Positions 26,056-35,890 are shown, counted from the stretch's first letter. The stretch: DNA of 58,535 nucleotides from Akkermansia muciniphila (GCA_945883955.1 CAMCYN010000001.1:1-58535); one strand, 5' to 3'. Notes: generated by a model from the letters alone, not told the origin. Numbers and translations are program-made.

Positions 26056-26601
26056 ATGGAGCCTTGGCGAATTTGTTACCGGGAACTAGGTGCCAAGCTT
26101 TTGTTGTATGCGAGGCAGTTTTTGCAATCGGACCATTATACCGTCGGACAAGAAGCGGAAGACGTAGTCCAGACTGCGTTTCTGCGATTCTGGAAGCTCT
26201 ATCCGAACGCGCAACCGGAGCAGTACGGCCTTTTGTTTTCTGCTGTTCGAACGGCGGCGCTCGACGTTTTACGCAGTTCATTCCGGCGGCTGCGGCGCGA
26301 AGATTTATATTCGGCGGAAGTCTGTGATGTGCGCGATACGGCGGCACTGCAGGCGAGTCGGGATTCGTGGTTTGCGGTGGCAAGTGATCAACAGGCGAAA
26401 GCCGATAACATTCAGAATGCGTTGCAGAAGATTCCGTCTGAACAACGCGAGGTGATTGTTTTGAAGGTTTGGGGGGAACTTACGTTTATCCAGATTGCGT
26501 TATCGTTAAACGAATCGGCCAACACTGTGGCGTCGCGTTACAGGTTGGGACTGAAAGCGCTGAAAAAGGAGTTAAGTGGTTATGGCTATGCCGGCTTCTA
26601 A
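26056..26601 (+). CDS. ECF-type RNA polymerase sigma-70 family factor
   Basis: Region 2 (AEDVVQTAFLRFWKLY) and region 4 (IPSEQREVIVLKVWGELTFIQIALSLNESANTVASRYRLGLKALKK). The likely start is MEPWRICY at 26056; alternatives are ATG 26002 and GTG 25930. Confidence 0.8.
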   Translation: MEPWRICYRELGAKLLLYARQFLQSDHYTVGQEAEDVVQTAFLRFWKLYPNAQPEQYGLLFSAVRTAALDVLRSSFRRLRREDLYSAEVCDVRDTAALQASRDSWFAVASDQQAKADNIQNALQKIPSEQREVIVLKVWGELTFIQIALSLNESANTVASRYRLGLKALKKELSGYGYAGF

Positions 26602-28120
26602 CTTGGAGCTGGCCTTAAGAGGGCTCCCGCTTGCGGAGCCGTCTCCGGGTTTGGAGGCTGCTATCGGCCGGGCGTTGCATATCGCCTTACCGGAGGCGCT
26701 TCTGTCCGAAAAGAGTGTAGAATGTTTGGTGGCGACTGAATTAAGGGCGTGTGTACCAGCAACTCCGAGTGAAAGGTTGGAGGAACGTTTAGAGGATTTG
26801 GCGGAGGTTGAACTCCATTTGCGGAGCCTGAAACCGGCTCCCTTACGGAGCGATTTGGAGTCAGAGCTCGAAATCGAATTGACCGAAGATCTGGCGTTTG
26901 AGACGTGGCTTTCGACGGTTCGTCCGAGTGTTGAATCCGAGGCGTTGGAGAAAGTGATAGGGACGCAGATGGGGCTTCATACGCTGAAAGAAGAAGAGAT
27001 TGCCATTGGTATCTCTGAGGTTCCTTTACTGCAGTTGGTTGCATCTCACGAACAGAAGGCTGCGGTTGTCTCAACAAAGGTGCGTTGGTCTGCAGTATTT
27101 TTTGCAACGGTGGGGTTAGCGGCGGCGCTTGTGGTGAGCGTGCAGACGGGAGTGCTGGATACTCCGCTCTACCGTCCGTCTGGAGCTACTGCGGATCTGA
27201 CCCGAAAAGAGACTTCGGGTTCAGAGTTTCTGAAAAAACCACCGAGTTTCACCGTAAAGAAGGGCGATTCGAGTGCAGCTTTAAGCGTAAATAAGTCCAC
27301 CGTTGGTGAAGCAAGTGGGGGATTGGGAGAGGTTAACCCAAATTGGCGTTTGGCAGAGAGAGTCCCGGAAATAAAGAGGGCGGCGATCTCGCGGGCGGTG
27401 GCGCCGGAGTCTGCGACTGAGGATGCGGAAAGGCTGTCGCCTCAACCAGTGAGGTCATTGAACGAGGTCGCGCTTGCGTCTTCCACCAGGGGAGTGTTGG
27501 CGCGTACAGCGGCAGTGACGGAACCTGGGGCGAAGCCCAAGCCGGAAACACGTCCGGATCAAAAGTTGGATCCCACGGCAGAACCGTCGATTTTACAGGC
27601 AATAGCGTCTGGAGATTTAGCGAACGTTTTGCCGCCCGAACTTTTGACGGCTCTGACGACGCAACCTGTTTTAGTAGCCAGCGTGCCCTCTACTTCCCTG
27701 CGCAACACCTTGGAACCAAAGCTCACCGCGAATACCTCCAAGGGTGAGGCTGGACTCGTTTTTAGCAATTCCGCGCCAACGAACAACGGGCCTTCTTCGA
27801 CCATCGGATCGCCGGACGGAGTAACTGGACGTGCTAATGGGCAAGAGATCGCGGCGGTGGGAAATCCGGCACTAACGACTTCTCTTGGCGATGCGAAGGA
27901 GGGAGTCCCTGTGGTGGTTCCGCCAATCGAGAGGACTTATATCATTGAAGACAAAGATGATGTTATAATGATTACTGGAGTTCCAGGGAACTGGATTGCC
28001 GAGCATACGGAGTTAAAGACAGGGAACACCAAGATCTCGGAAGTCTTTTCAAATGAAACGGGGTTAACCGATTTCGTGAAGCGCGAGACGAACACACAGG
28101 AGCCAGAGAAGGGGGATTAG
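26582..28120 (+). CDS. Single-pass membrane protein, putative anti-sigma factor
   Basis: Overlaps the sigma gene stop by 20 nt. The cytoplasmic N-region carries four L(R/S)xxxPxxxSxxLE-type repeats. One TM segment (VRWSAVFFATVGLAAALVVSV) is followed by a long Ser/Thr/Pro/Ala-rich external part. No zf-HC2 or FecR motif recognised. Confidence 0.45.
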   Translation: MAMPASNLELALRGLPLAEPSPGLEAAIGRALHIALPEALLSEKSVECLVATELRACVPATPSERLEERLEDLAEVELHLRSLKPAPLRSDLESELEIELTEDLAFETWLSTVRPSVESEALEKVIGTQMGLHTLKEEEIAIGISEVPLLQLVASHEQKAAVVSTKVRWSAVFFATVGLAAALVVSVQTGVLDTPLYRPSGATADLTRKETSGSEFLKKPPSFTVKKGDSSAALSVNKSTVGEASGGLGEVNPNWRLAERVPEIKRAAISRAVAPESATEDAERLSPQPVRSLNEVALASSTRGVLARTAAVTEPGAKPKPETRPDQKLDPTAEPSILQAIASGDLANVLPPELLTALTTQPVLVASVPSTSLRNTLEPKLTANTSKGEAGLVFSNSAPTNNGPSSTIGSPDGVTGRANGQEIAAVGNPALTTSLGDAKEGVPVVVPPIERTYIIEDKDDVIMITGVPGNWIAEHTELKTGNTKISEVFSNETGLTDFVKRETNTQEPEKGD

Positions 28121-28178
28121 GAAGGGGAAGTTTTGGACAGGGAGTGGGCCAGGGTTTGCATCGGGGCGAACAGACTTT

Positions 28179-28209
28179 CCCGGAGCCTCAGACATCCTGA
28201 GGTCTCGGG
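28179..28209. terminator. Imperfect GC-rich hairpin between convergent genes
   Basis: CCCGGAGCCTCAG-ACATC-CTGAGGTCTCGGG. No U-tract follows. Confidence 0.3.
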
Positions 28210-28217
28210 GAATAGAA

Positions 28218-28281
28218 AGCGGCCCTTCACTGCAGCGGCAAAGCCCGAACGAGGGGTGGATTGCCAGCAGGAAGGGCCGCT
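28218..28281. terminator. Long hairpin (11-bp perfect outer stem AGCGGCCCTTC / GAAGGGCCGCT plus an imperfect inner stem)
   Basis: Seen directly. It lies 55 nt downstream of the terD stop (minus strand). Confidence 0.3.
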
Positions 28282-28335
28282 GTGAGGGCGACGACGCCCG
28301 CGTTGAACGGAATCAACGGGGCATTGTACGGGTTG

Positions 28336-28917
28336 TTACAGGTGCACTGTCATCGACGGCAGCAAGTCCTGGAAAGTCCGACCGATGGCGTTCTCGCCGA
28401 TGGCGTGCATTTTCCACTCGCCTTGATGACGATACAGCTTGGCCATAATCATCGCCGAATGGGTGCCTCCACAGCTGAGGTTATATTTGGCAACTTCCTG
28501 GTTGTTGGAGGGATCGAAGACGCGGCAGAAGGCGTTTTCGATTTGATCGAAGGTCACGTCGGTGAAGCTGTTTACCGTAAACATCAGCGTCTTCACCGTT
28601 GCAGGTACCGTCGCCAGGTTCACGATGATTTGCTCATCATCCCCATCTCCATCCCCGGTGCGATTATCGCCCGTGTGGGTGATACTACCGTCCTTGCTGC
28701 GGAGTTGACGGAAATACACGGCGTCCACGACGTTGTTTTTGTCGTCAAAAAGGATGCAGGACGCATCCAGATCAATGTCCGGGGCGCTTCCACCGAATCC
28801 GAGGAAACCCTTTGTTTTCTTGGCATCCCAACCGAGTCCCATGACGACCTTGGTGAGCGCTTTACCCGCTTCTTTATCGAGCGAGATCTTTTGTCCTTTG
28901 GCAAGACTGATAGCCAT
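28336..28917 (-). CDS. terD: TerD-family stress protein
   Basis: MAISLAKGQKISLDK..VVMGLGWD..DLDASCILF..GDNRTGDGDGDDEQIIVNL..MIMAKLYRHQGEWKMHAIG. The start is corrected to ATG 28917; the track ORF runs to 29010. Confidence 0.9.
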   Translation of the reverse strand: MAISLAKGQKISLDKEAGKALTKVVMGLGWDAKKTKGFLGFGGSAPDIDLDASCILFDDKNNVVDAVYFRQLRSKDGSITHTGDNRTGDGDGDDEQIIVNLATVPATVKTLMFTVNSFTDVTFDQIENAFCRVFDPSNNQEVAKYNLSCGGTHSAMIMAKLYRHQGEWKMHAIGENAIGRTFQDLLPSMTVHL

Positions 28918-28931
28918 ATTACGCGGGTGGG

Positions 28932-29507
28932 TTAAACGTTGACTCCGAAGCTTTTCGCGAGCGCGGAAAGTCCACCAGCGAAGCCCTGACCGACGGCGCG
29001 GAACTTCCACTCCGTCCCATTCCGGTAGACTTCACCGAAGATCATCGCCGTTTCAGTGCTGGCATCCTCCGAGAGGTCGTAACGGGCAAGCTCCGTGTTG
29101 TCGTCTTGATTGACCACCCGGATGAAAGCCTTGCTCACCATCCCAAAGTTTTGTTTCCGCGTTTCCGGATCATGGATGGTCACAGCGACGACGGCCTTGT
29201 CGATCTCCGCGGGAATTTTATCGAGCTGAAGAACAATCACTTCATCGTCGCCGTCGCCCGCGCCGGTAAGGTTGTCCCCGAGGTGTTCAATAACACCGCC
29301 TTCCCAGCTCTTCTGATTGTAAAAAACAAAGTCCGCGTCACTGCGCACTTTTCCATCGGTCTTTACGGCGAAAAGCGCCGCATCGAGATCGAAGGCTGCG
29401 CCGTCCGTGGCACGAGTATCCCAGCCGAGGCCGACCTGGAGCTTGGTCATGGTGGGAGCGGTTTTGGACAGTGAGACGTTACCGCCTTTGGAAAGTGAGA
29501 TGGCCAT
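28932..29507 (-). CDS. terD: TerD-family stress protein (second paralogue)
   Basis: [69 protein letters not shown]. The start is corrected to ATG 29507. Confidence 0.9.
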   Translation of the reverse strand: MAISLSKGGNVSLSKTAPTMTKLQVGLGWDTRATDGAAFDLDAALFAVKTDGKVRSDADFVFYNQKSWEGGVIEHLGDNLTGAGDGDDEVIVLQLDKIPAEIDKAVVAVTIHDPETRKQNFGMVSKAFIRVVNQDDNTELARYDLSEDASTETAMIFGEVYRNGTEWKFRAVGQGFAGGLSALAKSFGVNV

Positions 29508-29773
29508 AAGATATTGTCTGGTAATTCTGAGGTTGCTGTTGGGTTGGGTGGAGTTCGGACATTGAGTGCTTTTTTGACGCGGCGTCAAGGCGCGCACAGT
29601 GAAGTTTCTGGTCCGGTTGAAAGGCTTTATTTGGGACGAATGGAGTTTTTCCATGGTCAGAGAGCGAGCGCCGTCCCCAGATTGATATGAGATCACGAGT
29701 TCTATAGGGAACTTCAGGGTTCAATCCTTGCCCGATTACAACGTCAACCACTCTGCCCACCGCAAATCATACT

Positions 29774-30229
29774 ATGAGCTTTTGGAATAACCTCAAAGAG
29801 AAGGCCACAGCCTTGAATGCCAGTCTCCAAACCAGCATTGCGCAGTTTAAAAACGCCGACTTTGCCAACGGCAGCATGGCCATGTGTGCCTTGATCGCCG
29901 CCGCCGACGGCAACATCAGCGGCCCGGAAAAGACCAAGATCGCCACGCTGATCCTCAACAATGAATCACTCAAGGTCTTCCCAGCGTCCGAGTTGAAGGA
30001 AAAATTCGACTTCTTCTGCAACAAGCTCACCGCCGACTTTGATTTCGGGCGGATCGAGGCCATCCAGGCCATTGCCAAGCTTAAGAGCAAGCAGGACCAG
30101 GCTCGCGCCATCATCCAGATCGGGATCGTAATCGGCGGGGCGGATGGGAACTTCGACCTCGCTGAGAAGGCGGTTGTTAAGGCGGTATGCCAAGCCGTAG
30201 GGATGCCACCCGCTGAGTTTGATTTGTAA
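29774..30229 (+). CDS. terB: TerB-family protein
   Basis: 151 aa. NGSMAMCALIAAADGNISGPEKTKI and IQIGIVIGGADGNFDLAEKAVVKAV are the two characteristic TerB helices/repeats. Confidence 0.85.
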   Translation: MSFWNNLKEKATALNASLQTSIAQFKNADFANGSMAMCALIAAADGNISGPEKTKIATLILNNESLKVFPASELKEKFDFFCNKLTADFDFGRIEAIQAIAKLKSKQDQARAIIQIGIVIGGADGNFDLAEKAVVKAVCQAVGMPPAEFDL

Positions 30230-30451
30230 TCGATTGCGCGGTTAAAGCCTGCCGCCGCTGATCGAGCCCAGCATTCATCCCGCACCGCGAGTCCGCGTGT
30301 GTACGCCGGGATGAAGCTGGGTAAGCGGTGATGTCCCTCGGCGCTGGTCACTCAAAAGCGGCTCCCTCGGGCACCGGAGAGAGCCCCGTCGGCACCGCCG
30401 CCGAAAACAAGGTGCGGGTCACTCCAAGACTAAACAACCCGGTCGCTCCCT

Positions 30452-31585
30452 ATGCAAAACGCTCTGCGCCCTGCTCGCGTGTGGTTTAATAAATGTTTCT
30501 CGAGCGTTCACGGTGTCTTCCGACAACTCCGTGCCGGCTGGGGCCCGTCTCTTACGCTCCTCGGAAGCCACACCCAACGCGACTTCGGCCCGCTCACGGA
30601 GTGCGACGTGGTGGAAGTGGAGCCCAGCGCTATCGACGAGCATCAGTACGTGCAGTGGTGCCTGGAGTTTTGCACCCGGCATAACGTCGATGTCTTCGTC
30701 CCGGGACGAATGCGGGAGGTTTTGTCCGATCACCGCGCCGACTTTGCGGCCCGGGGCACCCAGCTCATCGTCGCTGGTACGGGGGCCACGATGCGCCTGC
30801 TCGAAGACAAAGGCCGCTTCCTGGAACAAGTGCCGGCAGGGGTTGCAGTCCCTCGCTTCATTCGAGTGCGGACGTGGGCCGAGTTTGAGGCGGCTCGAAA
30901 TGAGCTCCTGATGGAGGGGCGTCGCGTCTGTTTCAAACCCTCGACCAGTGTGTTCGGGCTCGGGTTTTACGTCCTGGACGACAGCCTCACGCCGTTGCGA
31001 CGGTTGCTGAACAGTGAGGGACACCGGATCTCCACCCACGAACTGCGCGGTGTGCTCGAGGCCGCCGGAGAGTTTCCCGAGTTGCTTGTGATGGAGTACC
31101 TTAACGGGGGCGAATATAGTGTTGATGTGCTCGCAAATCAGGGCCGGGTCCGTGCTCTGGTGTCGCGCCGGAAACCGTACAACGGCCGGGTATGCATCGA
31201 GGGCACGTCGCGAACCGAACACGTTGAGGAAGGCCAATCGCAAACCCTCGCCGCCGCGCCGGACGTCGAGCACATGGTTGGACTGCTTGTGGAGCACTTC
31301 CAGCTCGATGGGTTGCTCAACGTCCAGTTCCGTTCGCGGGCAGTGCACCCGGAGCGCCCGCAGTTGCTCGAAATTAATGGCCGCATGTCCGGGGGCCTAC
31401 CCTACATCGGGCTTACCGGTCTAAATCTTCCGTTGCTGGCTGTGCAATTCGCCTTACACCGTCCGGGCGAGCCCCTCCCCATCATCCCAGAGCCGGCCTT
31501 ACCGCTTCGAGTCCAGGAGCGCTCCGAGGTTTTCGCCATGCCCACGCGCCCCACTAATGTCCAGCCGAGTGCCGCCAATGACTGA
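30452..31585 (+). CDS. ATP-grasp enzyme (Ter-associated type)
   Basis: The size and motif layout (..VCFKPSTSVFGLGF.., ..LLVMEYLNGGEYSVDVL.., ..LLEINGRMSGG..) fit an ATP-grasp fold. The position matches the ter-linked biosynthetic module. Confidence 0.7.
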   Translation: MQNALRPARVWFNKCFSSVHGVFRQLRAGWGPSLTLLGSHTQRDFGPLTECDVVEVEPSAIDEHQYVQWCLEFCTRHNVDVFVPGRMREVLSDHRADFAARGTQLIVAGTGATMRLLEDKGRFLEQVPAGVAVPRFIRVRTWAEFEAARNELLMEGRRVCFKPSTSVFGLGFYVLDDSLTPLRRLLNSEGHRISTHELRGVLEAAGEFPELLVMEYLNGGEYSVDVLANQGRVRALVSRRKPYNGRVCIEGTSRTEHVEEGQSQTLAAAPDVEHMVGLLVEHFQLDGLLNVQFRSRAVHPERPQLLEINGRMSGGLPYIGLTGLNLPLLAVQFALHRPGEPLPIIPEPALPLRVQERSEVFAMPTRPTNVQPSAAND

Positions 31586-33662
31586 TATCCCCACCCATTG
31601 GCAATCCAGCGGTCCGGCCCATTACACCGCCCACCTCCCCGGGGGCGACTTCACCTTTGCCCTGAGCCGCGAAGACGTGCCCCTGCGCGACATCTGCGAT
31701 CTCGCTCTGCGGAACAACGCGCGCCGCCGCTTCCTCTTCGTGAGCCGCGTGCTCGGAAGGCACCACCCCGTGCGGCCCGCCGCATTACGCTCCGTCGCCC
31801 GTCAACTTGCCGAAAAACTGCACGCCCGGCTTGCGGACCAACCCGTCGTTTTTATCGGCATGGCCGAAACGGCCACCACACTTGGCCAGGCCGTATTCCG
31901 CGAGTGGGTCGCTCTCCAGGGTCGCGGGCTTTATATCGAAAGTACGCGACGGCGCACCGGCAGTGAGGTGGCGCTGGGTTTTGCTGAGGTCCATTCTCAC
32001 GCTACGGCACACGCCCTACATTTGCCGGGGGATATTGAGGATCCCGAACACTGGCTGCAGACCGCCGCACAGATTGTGATTGTGGATGATGAAGCCACCA
32101 CGGGGCGCACTGCGGCCGGCCTCGTCCGAGCGATCCAGGACTGGCGCAACGCAGCGTGCGCGGAACCTGTCCCGTTCTCCGCGACACTGGCCGTTCTGCT
32201 GAACTGGAATCCTTGTGCTTCCGAAGGCGTGGACCCGGCCATCACGCATATTGAGAGCCTCGTAGAAGGACGGTTTGATTTTACGCCCATCGGTGAGTTC
32301 CCCACACCGCCTCACACCCAAGTCGTACTGGATACCGCCGTGCAGTGCCGTCGCGGTGTGCGCCACGGCACCGTCCGACCGGAGGTTCTGCCCGGCCATT
32401 GGGCCACACTTGTCCACGCGGGCCACAGACCCGAGGCGACAGGGCGTCCCAACCAGGAGCTCACTTCCCCCACTCCGCGTGTGCTCGTTATCGGCAATGG
32501 CGAATATGGGTTTCATCCGTTGCTGCTTGCCGAAGCTCTGGAGTCGACCGGTGCCCAGGCTTGGGTTCAGGCTACCACCCGCTCACCCATCCTCCTCGGC
32601 GGCGCCATTCAACATCATCGCAGTTTTCCCGCCCTCTCCGGCGAGGGTTATACCGAGCACCTTTATAACGTCCCGGATGACCACGATTACGATCGGGTCA
32701 TCGTTTGCACCGAAGATGCGTTGCCGCCCGCGGATCATCCGCTCTGGCGGCTCCCTCGGGTCGAGGTGTGTACCTGGGCAAATACGAGCCCCAGTCCGGA
32801 ACGGAGTGACTGGATTGCCACGGATCTGGACGGAAGCGTCTTTTCGAGACATTGGGCGACGGGCAGTAGCGGTCGGGTTCCGGTCGAGCGTTTTTGGCCG
32901 GTTCCAGGCACCTGGAGACAGCGTGACGCTGGGATAACCGGCGCCGCCGTCGTTGGGGACGACCAACCACCAAACCCGCAGGCTGGGACGGAGCCGACGG
33001 CGGCCCTGTCAAATATGGAGAGCCATCGCGAACCCTCCAGTTGGGTGCCCGCCGCCACCCACCGGCTCCTGGTTGCGCTGAGCCGAGCCGCCGCGCTGGT
33101 GCCCGTTACTGCGCGTGATGCGGAGTCCTTTGCCCGAGTGGACGTTCCTCTGCTGCATCTGCGAGGGCCGGCCATCCTCGCCAACGGTGCCATCGTTCTC
33201 GACTGGAACGGTCAGCCCGACGCCGAATGGCAGTCGCGTATGAGTGCGCTGCTGGAGCCCTGGACGGTTCGTTTAGAAACGCTTTGTGCGAAACTCATTG
33301 AGCGCACGGGCAACGCCGCACGCCCCCGTCTGGTCGAGAGCCAAACCGGGCTGCCAGCCTACCTGGTTGCCAAAGCTGCGCCCGGTTGGTGGACCAGCCC
33401 CGAGGGCGTGGTGATTCAAGAAGACAAAGATTTGTGGGCGGGTTGCCGGATTGCGGTGCTCGGCACGGAGCTGCAGGCGCTTCCGGGCGGTCTCGGAAAG
33501 CGCGAGGCCACACTGTTTGTGCAGGAGAAATATTTCGCACATCAGGCTCCGCTGCTTTGTCTGGGCGACATGCCAACCGACCTCGCGTTTATGCGCCTGA
33601 GCGGTCTTCTTGCCGTCCCCGCCGGGTCCAACCTCGAGGGCACCTGGCAGCAACTCGGTTAG
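31578..33662 (+). CDS. Phosphoribosyltransferase (PRTase_2/TRSP-like) fused to a C-terminal HAD-type phosphatase
   Basis: PRPP-binding loop IVIVDDEATTGRTAAGL. HAD motif I IATDLDGSVF and motif IV LCLGDMPTDLAFM. The start ATG 31578 overlaps the ATP-grasp stop (ATGACTGA). Confidence 0.7.
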   Translation: MTDIPTHWQSSGPAHYTAHLPGGDFTFALSREDVPLRDICDLALRNNARRRFLFVSRVLGRHHPVRPAALRSVARQLAEKLHARLADQPVVFIGMAETATTLGQAVFREWVALQGRGLYIESTRRRTGSEVALGFAEVHSHATAHALHLPGDIEDPEHWLQTAAQIVIVDDEATTGRTAAGLVRAIQDWRNAACAEPVPFSATLAVLLNWNPCASEGVDPAITHIESLVEGRFDFTPIGEFPTPPHTQVVLDTAVQCRRGVRHGTVRPEVLPGHWATLVHAGHRPEATGRPNQELTSPTPRVLVIGNGEYGFHPLLLAEALESTGAQAWVQATTRSPILLGGAIQHHRSFPALSGEGYTEHLYNVPDDHDYDRVIVCTEDALPPADHPLWRLPRVEVCTWANTSPSPERSDWIATDLDGSVFSRHWATGSSGRVPVERFWPVPGTWRQRDAGITGAAVVGDDQPPNPQAGTEPTAALSNMESHREPSSWVPAATHRLLVALSRAAALVPVTARDAESFARVDVPLLHLRGPAILANGAIVLDWNGQPDAEWQSRMSALLEPWTVRLETLCAKLIERTGNAARPRLVESQTGLPAYLVAKAAPGWWTSPEGVVIQEDKDLWAGCRIAVLGTELQALPGGLGKREATLFVQEKYFAHQAPLLCLGDMPTDLAFMRLSGLLAVPAGSNLEGTWQQLG

Positions 33663-33778
33663 GGAACCCCGCCCCGCCTCACTATTATGCGGAATAAAGT
33701 CTCAGATTGTCGCCGTTTCGCCAAAGTGGGCTAAGGCGAGATTTCCGTTCGCTTACCGACTCACCGTCCAATCCCTTT

Positions 33779-34891
33779 ATGTCAGCCACCCTCCCTTTTT
33801 CTGGCAGCTATGCCAGTACTTCCGAAGTGGGCTTCCTGATGCGGCGACTGCACCTGTCGCCCACCTCATTACCTGAGCGGGAACGGCTTATCCAGAGCGG
33901 CCAAAGCCATTACAGCGAGATGATCGGTCCCGAAGACGCGCCCACTCGCGAGCGCGTGCGGCTCTTCCGGGAGTCGCTCACTGCCAATGGCCAGCGTATG
34001 GCTGACGACATCGCGACCCTGGCTACTGCCCTGGCCGCTTCCGCCACCGACGGCGAACTGACCATTGTCTCCATTGCTCGTGCGGGCACGCCGATTGGTG
34101 TGTTGCTCTGGCATCGGGTGCGTGAAATCGCGCCGCACCTGCGCCTTTCTCACTATTCCATTTCCGTCATTCGTGACCGTGGCGTGGATTGCGCGGCACT
34201 GCGCTGGATCATGGCGCGACACAATCCGGGCAGTCTGCGTTTTGTCGACGGATGGACCGGCAAAGGCACGATCGCCGTCGAATTACAGCGTTCGATCGCA
34301 GGCTGGAAAGAGGCGCCGCCCGCGCTGGACTCAGGCTTATGGGTGCCACTGGATGTCTGTGGTGCGGCCAGATTCGCCGCGAGTACGGAGGATTATCTGA
34401 TTCCCTCTACATTACTGGGCGGCACGATCTCAGGGCTCGTCTCGCGCAGTGTGTTACCTGCCGGTGAGGACGCCCTGATGCACGGCTGCGTGCCGCTTCC
34501 CCATTTGCGTCGCTATGATCTGAGCCGCTGGTTTGTGGGAACCATGCGTGAGCGTCTGGCGAACGTACCTGTGCAGTCCTTGGAAAGCCTCGCCCAGGCG
34601 CACCCTAATCCAGCGCAGAAAGCTGCGCGCCAAGCCGTCACCAGGCAGTTTCTGGAGGCTATGCTCGCACGACATGGCATGAGCGACCGCAACCGCATCA
34701 AGCTCGGCATCGGAGAAACAGTGCGCGTACTCCTGCGCCGGTTGCCGCAGGTGGTCTGGCTAAACTCCACGGCCAACGCGACGGACGCGGCCTTGATCCG
34801 TCGCCTCGCCGCACTGCGTCAGACACCGGTGCAAACGGAGGCTGGCCTTGCCTTCGATGCCGTGGCGGTAATCGATACGGCCACCCCTTAG
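33779..34891 (+). CDS. StiP-like / PRTase_1-type phosphoribosyltransferase-fold protein
   Basis: LTIVSIARAGTPIGVLLWHRV and FVDGWTGKGTIAVEL are blocks I associate with the Ter-linked PRTase_1 (StiP) family. The start is corrected to ATG 33779. Confidence 0.6.
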   Translation: MSATLPFSGSYASTSEVGFLMRRLHLSPTSLPERERLIQSGQSHYSEMIGPEDAPTRERVRLFRESLTANGQRMADDIATLATALAASATDGELTIVSIARAGTPIGVLLWHRVREIAPHLRLSHYSISVIRDRGVDCAALRWIMARHNPGSLRFVDGWTGKGTIAVELQRSIAGWKEAPPALDSGLWVPLDVCGAARFAASTEDYLIPSTLLGGTISGLVSRSVLPAGEDALMHGCVPLPHLRRYDLSRWFVGTMRERLANVPVQSLESLAQAHPNPAQKAARQAVTRQFLEAMLARHGMSDRNRIKLGIGETVRVLLRRLPQVVWLNSTANATDAALIRRLAALRQTPVQTEAGLAFDAVAVIDTATP

Positions 34892-34936
34892 AGTTCACGT
34901 TCCACGTCACCGATGTAACAGTCTGTGCTTCTCACC

Positions 34937-35890
34937 ATGACTTACCCGCTTTCTGATCTCACTCTGCTCGCCCCGTTACTGTACGTTCCGGCAGACCGGC
35001 CGGAAATTCACACCGTGCTCGAAGGAGAGCACGACTTGGGCGTCTGTAGCATAGCCGTCTGTCTGGAAGACGCCGTGCGGCGGGAGAATCGCCAGGCCGC
35101 TGCCGTCGCGCTCGGCAAAGCCTTAGGCAGAATTGAAGCCGCGCCACGGGCCATTTTTATCCGCCCCGCCAATCTTGAGGCGCTCGCCTACCTGCTCGAC
35201 CACGTCCCGCTCCAACACGTCGCCGGGTTCATTCTGCCCAAGGCCACGGCCAGCAGTATCCACGAGTGGATCGAGCGCAGTGGGGGCCAACATCACATCC
35301 TGCCCATTTTGGAGAGTCGCGAGGCACTCGACCCCATCGGGCGACGCGAACTCGCGCACGCCTGCGCCGCGCATCGTCCCCTCATCCCTTGTGCCCGAAT
35401 CGGTGCCAACGACTTGTTTGCATTATTAGGCGGCTTGCGTCGGCCGTCGGGACGCACCGTTTATGAAACTCCAGTCGGTCGGGTGATCGATGGCTTGCTG
35501 GAGGTCTTCAGCTCGTATGCGGTGGCGCTGTGCGGCCCGGTATTCGACCGTATGAACGATTTGGGTACCCTAGCCCGGGAGGTAGCCGAAGACATCCACC
35601 GTGGACTGTTTGCCAAAACGGCCATCAACCCGCGCCAGATCCCCATTATTTGGAATGCCTACCGACCTGACGCGCAAGACGTCGAAGAGGCTCAGCGTAT
35701 TCTCGAACCCGAAGCTCCCGCTGTATTTGGGCTCCACGGAAACATGCTGGAGCGCGCTTGCCATGCAGAGTGGGCAAAGCGGTTACTGCATCGCGAGGCG
35801 GTACATGCCAAAGTCCTGACTCTTGAAGTTTCCCCCTCCGGAACACTGACACCCCCTTCTCCAATCCAGATGCCCCGTGTTGCAGTTTAA
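34937..35890 (+). CDS. HpcH/HpaI aldolase / citrate-lyase-beta-like C-C bond lyase
   Basis: SIAVCLEDAV, ..FILPKA.. and ARIGANDLFALLG match the TIM-barrel lyase signature positions. The first ATG is at 34937. Confidence 0.7.
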   Translation: MTYPLSDLTLLAPLLYVPADRPEIHTVLEGEHDLGVCSIAVCLEDAVRRENRQAAAVALGKALGRIEAAPRAIFIRPANLEALAYLLDHVPLQHVAGFILPKATASSIHEWIERSGGQHHILPILESREALDPIGRRELAHACAAHRPLIPCARIGANDLFALLGGLRRPSGRTVYETPVGRVIDGLLEVFSSYAVALCGPVFDRMNDLGTLAREVAEDIHRGLFAKTAINPRQIPIIWNAYRPDAQDVEEAQRILEPEAPAVFGLHGNMLERACHAEWAKRLLHREAVHAKVLTLEVSPSGTLTPPSPIQMPRVAV

